Below, in pieces: positions 40,411-50,751 of a stretch of DNA of 64,000 bases. Location of the stretch: positions 11,129 to 75,128 of the forward strand of contig AKKQ01000001.1 of the NCBI GenBank assembly GCA_000276965.1, read 5' to 3'. The notes under the pieces are model-generated. The model did no database searches and was not told where the DNA came from. It saw only the letters and a list, made by a program, of their open reading frames with translations. Position numbers and translations under genes: made by a program. The first letter of the stretch is position 1; every line of letters begins with the position of its first letter. The stretch is from Thiovulum sp. ES. GTDB lineage: Bacteria; Campylobacterota; Campylobacteria; Campylobacterales; Thiovulaceae.

Positions 40411-41172
40411 GTGATTAAGATTGGTTTATTTGGTGGTTCAGGTAGAGTTGGACAAAGATTAATTCACCTTATTAGTGAAGCAGAAGATTTAAAATGTAGT
40501 GCGGTTTTTGTGCAAAATATGGGTGATATTTCAATTGATGGAATTTTAGAAACAACAGATGTTTCTGAATTTTTAGGTGCTGTTGATTTAGTTATCGATT
40601 TTTCATTACCAGAAGCAACAGAAATTTTGCTTGAGGGTTTAATTAAAAATCCAAAGCCGACAGTTTGCGGAACAACAGGATTAAATCAGCATCAGCAAAA
40701 TTTAATGGTGGAAGCTTCTCAAACTTCACAGATTCTCTATGCGACAAACATGTCTCTTGGTGTTGCAATTTTAAATAAAGTTGTGCGGGAAGTTTCAAAT
40801 TCTCTCCGTGATTTTGATGCGGAAATTGTTGAAATGCACCACCGATTTAAAAAAGATGCACCATCAGGAACAGCTTTAACTCTTGCGGAAAATGTGGCGA
40901 AAGGTCGTGATTTAGACTTGAATTCGGTTCGAGTTAGTGGTCGAGATGGAAATATTGGAGAAAGAACAAAAGATGAAATCTCCGTTATGGCACTTCGAGG
41001 CGGGGATATTGTTGGTCGGCACACAGTCGGTTTTTATAACGACGGTGAGTTTTTAGAATTTAATCACACGGCAACAAGTCGGGATACTTTTGCAAAAGGT
41101 GCAATTCGTGCGGGTCGTTGGCTGTTGAATAAAGAAAACGGTCTTTATAATATTGCGAGTATTTTTGAATAA
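40411..41172 (+). CDS. dapB: 4-hydroxy-tetrahydrodipicolinate reductase
   Basis: EMHHRFKKDAPSGTA signature. GTG start. Confidence 0.9.
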   Translation: MIKIGLFGGSGRVGQRLIHLISEAEDLKCSAVFVQNMGDISIDGILETTDVSEFLGAVDLVIDFSLPEATEILLEGLIKNPKPTVCGTTGLNQHQQNLMVEASQTSQILYATNMSLGVAILNKVVREVSNSLRDFDAEIVEMHHRFKKDAPSGTALTLAENVAKGRDLDLNSVRVSGRDGNIGERTKDEISVMALRGGDIVGRHTVGFYNDGEFLEFNHTATSRDTFAKGAIRAGRWLLNKENGLYNIASIFE

Positions 41173-42242
41173 TGAACAGATTTGGAGAAAGATTTTCCTT
41201 TACAACTTTTGGTGAGTCTCACGGAATTGGAGTAGGGGTTGTTGTTGATGGAGTTCCTGCTGGTTTAGAACTGAATGAAGAGATTATTCAAAAAGATTTA
41301 GATCGTCGGAAACCAGGTGGGCAATATGCTACAAGTCGAAAAGAGAGCGATGAGGTCGAGATTTTAAGCGGTGTTTTTGAAGGAAAAACAACAGGCACAC
41401 CAATTGGAATGCTAATCAGAAACAAAAATCAGAAAAGCAAAGATTACTCAAATGTGAAAGACCTTTTCCGACCGGGACATGCAGATTTTACATATTTTCA
41501 CAAATACGAAAATCGAGACTATCGAGGTGGCGGTAGAAGTTCCGCACGAGAAACAGCAAGTCGAGTTATGGCTGGAGCAGTTGCAGGTGAAATTCTGAAA
41601 CAGTTTGGAATTGAAGTTTGTAGCGGAGTATCTTTTGTTGGCGGAGTTGGTAGCGACGAATATGATTTTGAGTTTGCAAAAAAGAGCGAAATATATTCAC
41701 TTTCACCAGAGTTTGAAGAGGAGCAAAAACAGACCATTTTATCAGTGAGAGAACACCATGACTCACTTGGTGGAACTGCTGTTGTCAAAATCAAAAATTC
41801 ACCAATTGGACTTGGCGAACCAATCTATTACAAACTAGATGCAAAATTTGCCGATGCGATGTTGAGTATTAATGGGACAAAAGGTGTTGAAATTGGTCTT
41901 GGTGCAGAAGCTACAAAAAAACAGGGTAGCGAAAACAATGACGAAATAAATGAGAATGGATTCCAAAGTAATAATTCTGGTGGAATTCTTGGCGGAATTA
42001 GTAACGGAGATGATATTGACATCAAAATTCATTTCAAACCGACACCATCAATTTTTAAAACTCAAGATACAATTGATATTCATGGAGACCCACAAAAAAT
42101 GAATTTAAAGGGACGACACGATCCTGCGATTGTAACTCGGGGTTCAGTTGTTGCAGAGGCGATGGCAAAAATTGTTCTTGTTGATATGCTACTTCTAAAC
42201 ATGGGAAGAAAAATGAGCGACTTTGTCAAATATTATCGATGA
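41172..42242 (+). CDS. aroC: Chorismate synthase
   Basis: FTTFGESHG, RPGHADFTY, GRSSARET. Confidence 0.95.
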   Translation: MNRFGERFSFTTFGESHGIGVGVVVDGVPAGLELNEEIIQKDLDRRKPGGQYATSRKESDEVEILSGVFEGKTTGTPIGMLIRNKNQKSKDYSNVKDLFRPGHADFTYFHKYENRDYRGGGRSSARETASRVMAGAVAGEILKQFGIEVCSGVSFVGGVGSDEYDFEFAKKSEIYSLSPEFEEEQKQTILSVREHHDSLGGTAVVKIKNSPIGLGEPIYYKLDAKFADAMLSINGTKGVEIGLGAEATKKQGSENNDEINENGFQSNNSGGILGGISNGDDIDIKIHFKPTPSIFKTQDTIDIHGDPQKMNLKGRHDPAIVTRGSVVAEAMAKIVLVDMLLLNMGRKMSDFVKYYR

Positions 42243-42823
42243 GGTGCATTGTTTGCGAAAGATTTTCGTGGAGTCTAATTTGTAAAAATTGCCAACAAAC
42301 TCTTTTGCAACCCTCAATTTTTCGGCGAGACCTTGAGGGTCTTCCCGTTATCAGTTTTTATCAATATGAAGATATTTCGGATTTGATCTTGACAAAAAAC
42401 TCATATTTAGGTTTTTATGTTTTTCAAATTCTTGCAAAAAACTCTTTTAGAAAATTCTCGCAAAATTTTCAATATCCGCAAAAAATTCACTCAATTGGAA
42501 TTGATGAACGAACTAAAAATCGCGGATATTCTCAAACTGCAATTCTCTCAAAATCGCTAAAAAGCGACCTCATCGTTCCAAAATATAACACTTTAGTTTC
42601 AAATTCAGATGTCAAATATTTGGGAAAGAGTTCTGCTTTTCGTCGAAAAAACAAGAGGGATTTTCAATTCAAAAGAGAGAAGTTGAGATATAAAAAAGTG
42701 ATTCTTGTTGATGATGTAATCACAACGGGAACAACCCTCCGTGAAGCAAAAAAAGTGATTTCCAAAAAAGGATTTCAGCCTATTCTGGCTCTAACTCTGG
42801 CGACAACAGAAAAACCGAAATAA
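42239..42823 (+). CDS. comF: ComF-family phosphoribosyltransferase-fold competence protein
   Basis: N-terminal CxxC...CxxC (CIVCERF, CKNCQ) and PRTase motif VILVDDVITTGTT. Confidence 0.75.
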   Translation: MRCIVCERFSWSLICKNCQQTLLQPSIFRRDLEGLPVISFYQYEDISDLILTKNSYLGFYVFQILAKNSFRKFSQNFQYPQKIHSIGIDERTKNRGYSQTAILSKSLKSDLIVPKYNTLVSNSDVKYLGKSSAFRRKNKRDFQFKREKLRYKKVILVDDVITTGTTLREAKKVISKKGFQPILALTLATTEKPK

Positions 42824-42854
42824 CTTTTCATGCTAGTATTCTCCGAAAAGATTT

Positions 42855-44183
42855 TTGATGAAATATTGGCAACTACTTGAAATATCAGAATATATAAAAG
42901 AGTTTTCTGAGATTCGTACAATTTTCCGAATCGATTATCAAACTTTACAAATTGAGTTTGACAAAGGTGAAAAAATTCGTTTTAATATGAGGCGGGGTGA
43001 AAGTTTCATCTACAAAAGTAGCGATGAGGTTCGGAGTGAAAAGATATTTTCTCCGTTTGATACTCAACTCTCTTCTCGATTCCAAAAATCAAAAATTGAT
43101 AAAATTGAAATTTTAAACGGCGATAAAATCCTAAAAATTTCGGTCTCAATTTCCAATAAATATAAAAAATTAGAGTCAAGCTTACAACTAGAATTTACAG
43201 GAAAACATACAAATATAATTTTATTAGATTCTGAAAATAGAGTTTTGGAAGCACTTCACCATATTAGTGAATTTAAATCTGTTCGACCCGTCAAAGTTGG
43301 TGAATTTTTAGGAATTCCACCAAAACCAAATTTTGAGTTTAAAACTGGTGAGAAATTAGAAAATGTCGAAGATTTTTTAAAGAGCGAATGGCGAAATTAC
43401 ATCTCTAAAAAGTTAGAAAAAAGCAAGAAACGAGAAATCTTAAAAGTAGAGAAAAAAATTGACAAATTGAAAAAAAGCTTTGAAGTTGTTAGAAATTCTG
43501 AAATATTTTTTGAAAAAGCAGACAGATTTTCTGAAAATGCTCAAATTCTTCTTGCAAATCTCTATTCACTTCCAAAATATGGAGATTTTGAAACTTATGA
43601 TTTTTCTGGAAATTTGCGAAAAATTGAGAGACCAAAAGAGGCTCGAGATAACAATCACATGATTCAAATTTTCTTTGATAAATCAAAAAAGTTTCGTAAA
43701 AAAGGTGAAAATTCAGAAATTGAACGAACGAACCTCATCGAAAAGATTGACTTTTTAGAGCGAATGACTAAAAATATTAGAAATAGTTCTTCACTTTCTG
43801 AATTAGATATTCTCTCAAATCGTGGAAAAGATAGACGAGAAAAGCGACAAAAAAATGAGCTGTATGAAGTTTTTTGGATTGAGGGTTATAAAATTTTGCT
43901 TGGAAAAAGCGAACGGGGAAATGAGGCACTTTTGAAAGATGCAAAGAGTCGAGATATTTGGTTGCACATGAAAGATATTCCATCGGCACACACTTTAATT
44001 GTTACAGATAAACAGAGTATTCCTGAAAATGTAATTTTTGAAGCGGGAAAACTTTGTCTGAAATTTTCTGTAAAAGAGAGCGGAAAATATCTAATTGATT
44101 ACACAAAACGGCGAAATGTTCGGATTCAAAGTGGTGCAAATGTTCTCTACACAGATTACAAAACTATTGAAGTTGAAATTTAA
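42855..44183 (+). CDS. NFACT/FbpA-family protein with DUF814 (RqcH-like, annotated fibronectin-binding in relatives)
   Basis: The C-terminal RDIWLHMKDIPSAHTLI is DUF814-like. Preceded by a coiled-coil middle region. Confidence 0.7.
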   Translation: MMKYWQLLEISEYIKEFSEIRTIFRIDYQTLQIEFDKGEKIRFNMRRGESFIYKSSDEVRSEKIFSPFDTQLSSRFQKSKIDKIEILNGDKILKISVSISNKYKKLESSLQLEFTGKHTNIILLDSENRVLEALHHISEFKSVRPVKVGEFLGIPPKPNFEFKTGEKLENVEDFLKSEWRNYISKKLEKSKKREILKVEKKIDKLKKSFEVVRNSEIFFEKADRFSENAQILLANLYSLPKYGDFETYDFSGNLRKIERPKEARDNNHMIQIFFDKSKKFRKKGENSEIERTNLIEKIDFLERMTKNIRNSSSLSELDILSNRGKDRREKRQKNELYEVFWIEGYKILLGKSERGNEALLKDAKSRDIWLHMKDIPSAHTLIVTDKQSIPENVIFEAGKLCLKFSVKESGKYLIDYTKRRNVRIQSGANVLYTDYKTIEVEI

Positions 44184-44217
44184 AAATACCGATTAATTTA
44201 AATTATAGGAGAATTAG

Positions 44218-44955
44218 ATGAATTTTTATGGTGTTATTATTGGTTCGGAAATTTTGAATGCTCGTCGTGAAGATAGCCACTTCTCATTTTTGAGAGACCA
44301 ATTAAAAGAGAGAGGTTTTAAACTAGCAGGAGTTTTTACAATTGAAGACAATCCAAATTTGATGAAAGGTATCTACGAATTTATAAAAAGTGTGCCAAAT
44401 TCTGTCATGTTCTCTTTTGGAGGAATTGGTGCTACTCCAGATGATTACACAAGAAAAGTTTCTGCGGAAGTTTTCCGAAATGGCGAAATGGAGTTTCAAA
44501 AAGAGTTTGAGAAAAAAATTCGAGATCGATTTGGAAACGAGTTGATTGAACGAAGAATCCAGATGAGTTACTTGCCAAAAGATAGCGGAGTTTTAAAAAA
44601 TAATCCCGTTAATGGAATGTACGGTTACTATTTAGATGATAGGTTTTTCTTTGTTCCAGGATTTCCTGAAATGGCTCATCCAATGATTACAGAGGCATTT
44701 GACAAGTTTTATCCAAATTCCCAAAAGAAGATTTTCAAAAAGAACCTCATCGCACAGACATCAGAGGCAAATTTAATTGGATGGATGGAGAGTTTGAGTC
44801 CAGAAATTACACTATCTTGTTTGCCGAAACTTGATAAAGATGAGAGTGGTAAAATTTTTCCAAGTGCTGAAATTGAGATCACTTCTGAAAATAGCGAGAT
44901 TTTAGAAATTGAATTTAAAAAATTGCAAAAAGTTTTAAATGAGTTGGGACTTTGA
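44218..44955 (+). CDS. CinA-like molybdopterin-binding (MoCF) domain protein
   Basis: GVIIGSEILNARREDSH...FSFGGIGATPDDYT. Confidence 0.65.
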   Translation: MNFYGVIIGSEILNARREDSHFSFLRDQLKERGFKLAGVFTIEDNPNLMKGIYEFIKSVPNSVMFSFGGIGATPDDYTRKVSAEVFRNGEMEFQKEFEKKIRDRFGNELIERRIQMSYLPKDSGVLKNNPVNGMYGYYLDDRFFFVPGFPEMAHPMITEAFDKFYPNSQKKIFKKNLIAQTSEANLIGWMESLSPEITLSCLPKLDKDESGKIFPSAEIEITSENSEILEIEFKKLQKVLNELGL

Positions 44956-45500
44956 CGAAAGAGCAATTCAGACAAAAAGGGAGAGAGAGAATTTCAAATC
45001 GGGAACGGAGAGTTCTCTCTCGAAAAATTGAAAAAGAGCTAAATAGAGTAATTTATAGAAATCAGAATCGGAATATTCTATTCTATTCACCTCTGAAAAA
45101 TGAAGTTGATATTTCCAACTCTCTCAAATTTTGGAACAAGCGACGAAATGTTTTTTTACCAAAAATTGGGGGTGAGACTTTTTCAGCAATTCCGTTTCGG
45201 GTTCCACTTAAAAAATCAAAATTTGGGACTTTTGAACCAAGTGGAAAAAGCAAAATGCGAAATTTAGATATTGCGATTGTTCCAATTCTTGGAATTGATT
45301 CCACTTTTCGGAGAGTCGGTTTTGGAAAAGGAATGTATGATCGATTTTTTCCAAAATTAAGAAAAATACCTTTTACTATTTTTGTTCAGAATCGATTGAA
45401 TTTTTCAAAAAAAGTTTTGACTGAGAAACATGATATTTTTTGTGATGTTGTTCTCTTTGGAAAAAGTGAGACAAACGACCGATTTTATTTAAAAAGGTAG
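44952..45500 (+). CDS. 5-formyltetrahydrofolate cyclo-ligase
   Basis: FGTFEP...LDIAIVPILGIDSTFRRVGFGKGMYDRFF. TTG start. Confidence 0.8.
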   Translation: MTKEQFRQKGRERISNRERRVLSRKIEKELNRVIYRNQNRNILFYSPLKNEVDISNSLKFWNKRRNVFLPKIGGETFSAIPFRVPLKKSKFGTFEPSGKSKMRNLDIAIVPILGIDSTFRRVGFGKGMYDRFFPKLRKIPFTIFVQNRLNFSKKVLTEKHDIFCDVVLFGKSETNDRFYLKR

Positions 45501-45504
45501 AAAA

Positions 45505-45834
45505 ATGGCAAATGTTTCACCTCTTGGAAATCAGATTTTTATAAATCAGAATATGCATATTGCGAGTAATAAAGTTGCAAACCATCTCTCTCGGCTCACT
45601 GCTCAAGATGTTATGAATTCTGAAAGTTACGAAGAGAATTGCAAACGACTTACAGATACTCGAGACCCTGAAAAAGTTAATGAGATTGATGAAAATCTAA
45701 TTGAAGATGCTGTTTATAGTGTTAAGAAAAAGTATAAGCGACAAGAGGGTGAAAAAGGGGAGGACGATGAGGTCGAAAAAGAGAAAAAACACCTCATCGA
45801 TGAGAAACGAAAGAAGATCGATATTACAATTTAA
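45505..45834 (+). CDS. Hypothetical charged small protein
   Basis: 109-aa ORF following MTHFS by 4 nt. Lys/Glu-rich C-terminus. No family recognised. Confidence 0.5.
   Translation: MANVSPLGNQIFINQNMHIASNKVANHLSRLTAQDVMNSESYEENCKRLTDTRDPEKVNEIDENLIEDAVYSVKKKYKRQEGEKGEDDEVEKEKKHLIDEKRKKIDITI
45765..45799. terminator. Hairpin built from two inverted copies of the over-represented motif (CGATGAGGT-N17-ACCTCATCG)
   Basis: 9-bp perfect stem. On the minus strand it lies 25 nt after the MCP stop and is followed by a T5 run (cccctttttc). It sits inside the last 70 nt of the 109-aa ORF. Confidence 0.4.
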
Positions 45835-47794
45835 ATTGCGAAAGTTCCTCTTTTAATTTTGTTGAGCTTTCAAACATTAATGCGGAGGCATCTTCAATTT
45901 CTCTACTAATATTCCTGTTTTCTCTTGACTGTTTTGTGATTTTTCCAAATTGAGTCAAAAGAGTTTTGCTAATTTCAAAAACATCATCAATTCTTTTTAC
46001 TCCCAAATCAACATTTCTAATCGCTTTTGCCAATTCATCTTGTAGGTGAGTTGAATCTGAAATTAGATCTGTTGAATTTTTAGAGACTTCCATCATCTCT
46101 TCAGATGTACTTTTTATTGATCCTGAAATTTCATCTATGACTTTTGTAATTTTATCAACACTGTTATCTACATTTTTAAGACTAACAAATGTATCATCAG
46201 ATAAATCTTGAACCTGTTCCGCAACAACTTGAAAACCTTTACCGTAACTTCCTGCTCGACTCGCCTCAATTGCTGCATTAATTGCAAGAAGATTTGTCTG
46301 ATCTGAAATTTGCGAAATTTTCTCAGTAGCATTTCTAACCGAAACAGTCATTTTTATTAGACCTTCTATATCTGTTGTGATGTAACTCTGCTTGTCATTG
46401 TTTGTAACAATCATTTTTACCTCTTTTCTTAGATTCATAATAAAATCTTCGAGTGTTGATACTGTTAAGTGGAGTGCTTTGCTGTTATCTTCAATCAAGA
46501 GTCTTGTGTAAGATAAATTTTGTTCAATATCACTCATATATTTATCAACAATTCTAACTCCCTCTTCCTGTTTTTCAACATTCTCCTTGAGAATATTTCC
46601 AATTTTTTGAAGATGTTCAACTTCTTTAATTGATGTTTCAGAACCACTAATCGCATCTCGAATAATCTCTTTGAAAGAGGATAGGAGAATATTTACAGAT
46701 TGTGAAATTTCATTAAGTTCTATAATTTTACTGCTCTCTATATCTTCATGAAAATTTCTCTCTTCTGCGATAAATTTGATCTCATCTTTCATTTTATAAA
46801 CAGTACCTAGAATATTTTGAATCATAAAAAACATTGCAAAGAAAAACAGAATTAGAAAAACTACAAAAATTGAAATATAAGTGTAAAGTTCGTTGTAAGA
46901 ATTCTCTTTTAACTCATTTAGTTTTTTTATAGAGATTTCTGAGAGTTCATCATCAATTAATTTCAAAATATTGATTTTTTTTGTAATTGTTCCAAACCAG
47001 ATAACAGAATCAGTTGAAAAATCTCCAGCCAATGCTTTTATTCTCATTTTTAAAACTTGTCGAACTGGTTCAGCTTTCATTTCAGTTGTATACATTCTCT
47101 TAATTTTATCATTGACTGAGGAGAGAAAAGCATCCATATAGCTATCTTGTTCAGCAATTAGGCGAACCTCTTTTTGAAACATTCCTTCACCAAAACCACC
47201 TCGTGCAAATGTATTTGATAAAACAGCCCTTTCAACACCAGCTCGTTCTTTACTTTTTAAGAAATTTGCATATGCTGTTTGGAGAATTGCTAAATCTTCA
47301 TTTGGGCTAATCTTTCCATTTAGCGGAACAATATTTAAAAGTTTTGCATTTAGTGATGTATAGTAATGCAACTCTTCTCTGACTGTGATTTTTAAGTTTG
47401 TAACTTTTGTTCTTATATTTTCAAGCTCTTCAAGTTGTTTGTAAATTAAATTAATACTCTCTTTTAACTCTTCTGGATAGTCTGAAAAATTGAAATTAGA
47501 GACAAATTCTTCAAGAGCCAATCTTTTCTCATTTGTTAAGAGTCTTTGACTTGGCAGTTTAGATACAAACTTTGTCCCTTTTGAACCTAAATATCCTGCA
47601 CTCATTCCTCGCTCTTTTTGAGTTTCATGAACAAATCTTGAGATATGTGAAGAGAGAATTACAAGCTCTTTGGTTTTATCTAGTTTTTCGTTTTCTTTTA
47701 AGAGTCCACCAATTTCTAAGAAGATAAGTATTGTACTAAATAATAATGCAAATAAGAAAACAGCGAAAAGTCTGCCTTTTAATGAATTTATCAT
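45824..47794 (-). CDS. Methyl-accepting chemotaxis protein with periplasmic NIT (nitrate/nitrite-sensing type) domain
   Basis: NIT-like ETQKERGMSAGYLGSKG and the signalling hairpin NLLAINAAIEASRAGSYGKGFQVVAEQV. Confidence 0.85.
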   Translation of the reverse strand: MINSLKGRLFAVFLFALLFSTILIFLEIGGLLKENEKLDKTKELVILSSHISRFVHETQKERGMSAGYLGSKGTKFVSKLPSQRLLTNEKRLALEEFVSNFNFSDYPEELKESINLIYKQLEELENIRTKVTNLKITVREELHYYTSLNAKLLNIVPLNGKISPNEDLAILQTAYANFLKSKERAGVERAVLSNTFARGGFGEGMFQKEVRLIAEQDSYMDAFLSSVNDKIKRMYTTEMKAEPVRQVLKMRIKALAGDFSTDSVIWFGTITKKINILKLIDDELSEISIKKLNELKENSYNELYTYISIFVVFLILFFFAMFFMIQNILGTVYKMKDEIKFIAEERNFHEDIESSKIIELNEISQSVNILLSSFKEIIRDAISGSETSIKEVEHLQKIGNILKENVEKQEEGVRIVDKYMSDIEQNLSYTRLLIEDNSKALHLTVSTLEDFIMNLRKEVKMIVTNNDKQSYITTDIEGLIKMTVSVRNATEKISQISDQTNLLAINAAIEASRAGSYGKGFQVVAEQVQDLSDDTFVSLKNVDNSVDKITKVIDEISGSIKSTSEEMMEVSKNSTDLISDSTHLQDELAKAIRNVDLGVKRIDDVFEISKTLLTQFGKITKQSRENRNISREIEDASALMFESSTKLKEELSQFKL

Positions 47795-47946
47795 CTAAAT
47801 CCTTTTAAATAAAGTTAGAGATTGATTATAAGATAATTAAAAGTTTTAAAGCTTAAAAAATCAATTTTTTAAGTTAGGAATTTTTTCTAAGAGTTATGAA
47901 AGCAAAAAAACATATAATTTTGCGAAATATTAAAAAAAGGAACAGA

Positions 47947-48333
47947 ATGCCTAAGATTAATAGATATGTTGATATTGATCAAGTTGAGCGAGAAGCTCGA
48001 AAAGATTACATTGATAGACACTCTCCGTTTGTTACTGTTTCTGGTGAAGCAAAAAAAGGTGAAAAGTTAGCTGTTACTGTAAAAGTTGGAAATGAGTATT
48101 CTCATCCAGATGATTTTGATCACTTTATTTCAAATGTTTCTCTTTTTAATGGTGAGACTCTTCTTGCTAGAGCTGACTTTGTTCCTGGAACTCTTGGAAA
48201 TGAAAAAAGTCAAGTTGAAGTTACTTTCAACATCATTCCAACAACAAAGAAATTAAAACTTGTAGCTCAAAGCTACTGTACAAAACATGGTGTTTGGGAA
48301 TCTGATCCAGTAGCTTGTGAAGTTGCTGAATAG
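47947..48333 (+). CDS. Superoxide reductase / desulfoferrodoxin-family (neelaredoxin-like) protein
   Basis: DRHSPFVTV, HPDDFDHFI, CTKHGVWES iron-site pattern. ATG 47947 follows AAGGA; the upstream ATG 47896 is less likely. Confidence 0.7.
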   Translation: MPKINRYVDIDQVEREARKDYIDRHSPFVTVSGEAKKGEKLAVTVKVGNEYSHPDDFDHFISNVSLFNGETLLARADFVPGTLGNEKSQVEVTFNIIPTTKKLKLVAQSYCTKHGVWESDPVACEVAE

Positions 48334-48362
48334 TTGAAAAACTTAAAACATCTCCCCAAAAA

Positions 48363-48382
48363 TGTCGGAATTTTTTCCGACA
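48363..48382. terminator. Bidirectional hairpin TGTCGGAA-tttt-TTCCGACA (family member e)
   Basis: Perfect 8-bp stem between the convergent SOR-like gene and the PBP gene. Confidence 0.65.
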
Positions 48383-48386
48383 AAAA

Positions 48387-50162
48387 TCAATTAAATTTTT
48401 TCAGATATTTCTCTTCTACTAGAAGTTCAATGACATTTCTAAAAACAGGAACAGCTGATTGTGAAGCAAAGTGATTTCTTTGTGGCTGAACAACTGTAAC
48501 TCCAATTGTGTATCTTTTCTCTTTGTCATTTGCAAAACCAAAAAATGACGAGTGATACTCTCTAATATAGCTACCATTTTTTACAATGTGTGCTGTTCCA
48601 GTTTTTCCGCCGATTTCAAGTCCATCAATATCTGTTTTCTTTCCAGTTCCCTCTTTTACAGTTCGCACAAGAATATTTTTCATTTTCCGACTTGTTGAAA
48701 CTGAAACAACCTGTTCACCGTCAGGATGTAAAGCTCTGTCTGGTGGGGACATATTTCCATTTGCATCTTTAAGATAGGCGACAATTTTCGGAGTAACAAT
48801 TTTTCCATCATTGTTAAATACATTTGAGGCTTTTAACAGTTGAATAAAATTAACAGTAAAACCGTGACCAAAAGATGCAGTTGCTTTATAAGTTATGCTG
48901 TTTAACTGTTTTGGGGTATTCAAACTTCCGCTATTTTCTAGCGAGACTTCCGAACCACTCTCTTCACCAAAACCAAACTTTCTTAAACCCAAATTGAAAT
49001 CTATACCATTTAAAGCTTCCGTTATTTTAATCATTCCAATATTGCTAGAGTGAATTACAATCTCTTCGGCAGGAACAATTCTCATTCGGTGTTCATCAGT
49101 AATTCTTTTTCGTCCAACTTTGTAACTACCATTTTCACAATCGATAGTTTGACCCCGCTTGATCATATTTTTGTCAAGAACAATTGAATAAACAATTGGT
49201 TTGAGAACTGAACCAGCTTCAAAAATATATTCTGATGCTTTTACTTGTAAAAAAGGAATCTCTTCAGGTTTTATGTTTCCTCCCCAAAAACGATTACTTG
49301 ATGCCAAGACAAGCATTTTTCCTGTGCCACTCTCCATAACTCCGACAATAATCTCTTTCGCTTCTAGCTCTTTTTTATATTTATCAAGTGCTTTTTCAAC
49401 TTTTCTTTGAATTGCCAAATTGATATTCAAGTGGATATCGTAACCATTTTGAACATTTTTCTCTTTGATTTTTGAATTTCGGATTATGTTTCCAACAATA
49501 TCTTTATCTGCTGAAATAAATCCGTCGTCTTGCGGTCTTAAGAACTCTTCAAATCTCTTTTCAATCCCTTTCATTCCAACAACTTCTTTAAAGTATGAGT
49601 TTCTTTTATCTCTTGTATATCCTATAACTGGAGTTGCTGAATTTCCGTAGGGATAGTGCCTTTCTGATCCACTTGCTCGACCATTTAAGCCCTCAAAGTG
49701 ATAATTTCCGCTTCTTGTTTTATAACCTTTCATAATTCCAAGATTTCTAAACTCATCACTCAGTTTTTCAAGATTGTGGAACTCTTTGAAAGTTAAACTT
49801 TGTGAAAGCATTACATAACTGTTCGAATTGGCATTTTCAATTTTTCTTAAGATGTCATCTTTCCGCAAACTCGTGTAAATTGAAATCATGTGTGCAAAAA
49901 CCTCTCGATTTTCCCTTGGCAACTCATGATTTTTAAAACCGATTGAATATGTTTTTGTTGTGTATGCAACATGATACCCATCTGATGTAATAATTGAACC
50001 TCTTTTTGCTCTATCTTTTAAAGCTGTTGAAGTGCTTTGTTTCTCATCATACCCGCCAATTGCAAGAGAACCATAACGATAAGTAACTCCTAAAATAGCG
50101 AGGAGAAAAATCATATACAAAATAACTAAACTATTTGCTCTTTTCTTATTTTCTGACTTCAT
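48387..50162 (-). CDS. Class B penicillin-binding protein (FtsI/PBP3-like transpeptidase)
   Basis: N-terminal TM, SxxK (GSVLKP), SxN (HSSNIG) and KTG (GGKTGTA). Confidence 0.85.
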   Translation of the reverse strand: MKSENKKRANSLVILYMIFLLAILGVTYRYGSLAIGGYDEKQSTSTALKDRAKRGSIITSDGYHVAYTTKTYSIGFKNHELPRENREVFAHMISIYTSLRKDDILRKIENANSNSYVMLSQSLTFKEFHNLEKLSDEFRNLGIMKGYKTRSGNYHFEGLNGRASGSERHYPYGNSATPVIGYTRDKRNSYFKEVVGMKGIEKRFEEFLRPQDDGFISADKDIVGNIIRNSKIKEKNVQNGYDIHLNINLAIQRKVEKALDKYKKELEAKEIIVGVMESGTGKMLVLASSNRFWGGNIKPEEIPFLQVKASEYIFEAGSVLKPIVYSIVLDKNMIKRGQTIDCENGSYKVGRKRITDEHRMRIVPAEEIVIHSSNIGMIKITEALNGIDFNLGLRKFGFGEESGSEVSLENSGSLNTPKQLNSITYKATASFGHGFTVNFIQLLKASNVFNNDGKIVTPKIVAYLKDANGNMSPPDRALHPDGEQVVSVSTSRKMKNILVRTVKEGTGKKTDIDGLEIGGKTGTAHIVKNGSYIREYHSSFFGFANDKEKRYTIGVTVVQPQRNHFASQSAVPVFRNVIELLVEEKYLKKFN

Positions 50163-50226
50163 AATTTTCTGTTTAACTTTTTCTATAATTCTAACAGATT
50201 GTTATTATTTAAGAGAAACCGATAAT

Positions 50227-50646
50227 TTAAATTTTCCAATCTTTTGAAAGTGTCTTTTTTAAAAGCAGAAAATCCTCTTTTCCAAGCTCTTTTTCTATCT
50301 TCTCCTCAACTCTATTTATAATTTTTTCTCGTTTTTCCAACATCTCAATTCCAAAAGGTGTCAATTTAACAATTTTTACTTTTCTGTTTTTTTCAGAATT
50401 AACAAGTTTGACAAATCCATCCTCTTTTAAAATATGAACACTTTTGTGAATTGTTTGACGACTCACACCAAGCTCTTTTGAGAGTTCTGAAATAGAGTAG
50501 TCTCCGTCATACTTTAACAGGGTGTAAATTCTTGTGCCTGTAACCATATTCCTATACTTTATCCCATCTGCTTCTGCTTCAGAGAGAGAGAGTTTCTCAA
50601 CAATGTTAAATTTTTCTAATAAAAGATATTTAATATCATAATACAT
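50227..50646 (-). CDS. MarR-family winged-helix regulator
   Basis: YSISELSKELGVSRQTIHKSVHILKEDGFV. Confidence 0.7.
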   Translation of the reverse strand: MYYDIKYLLLEKFNIVEKLSLSEAEADGIKYRNMVTGTRIYTLLKYDGDYSISELSKELGVSRQTIHKSVHILKEDGFVKLVNSEKNRKVKIVKLTPFGIEMLEKREKIINRVEEKIEKELGKEDFLLLKKTLSKDWKI

Positions 50647-50751
50647 TATATTTCCTTGACATATTTTCTTTATTCTTGTATTATGTCAGTCTGATTGACA
50701 AATAAATTGTGGAATTCTCTACAAACCACAATCTAAAATTAAAGGGAAATT

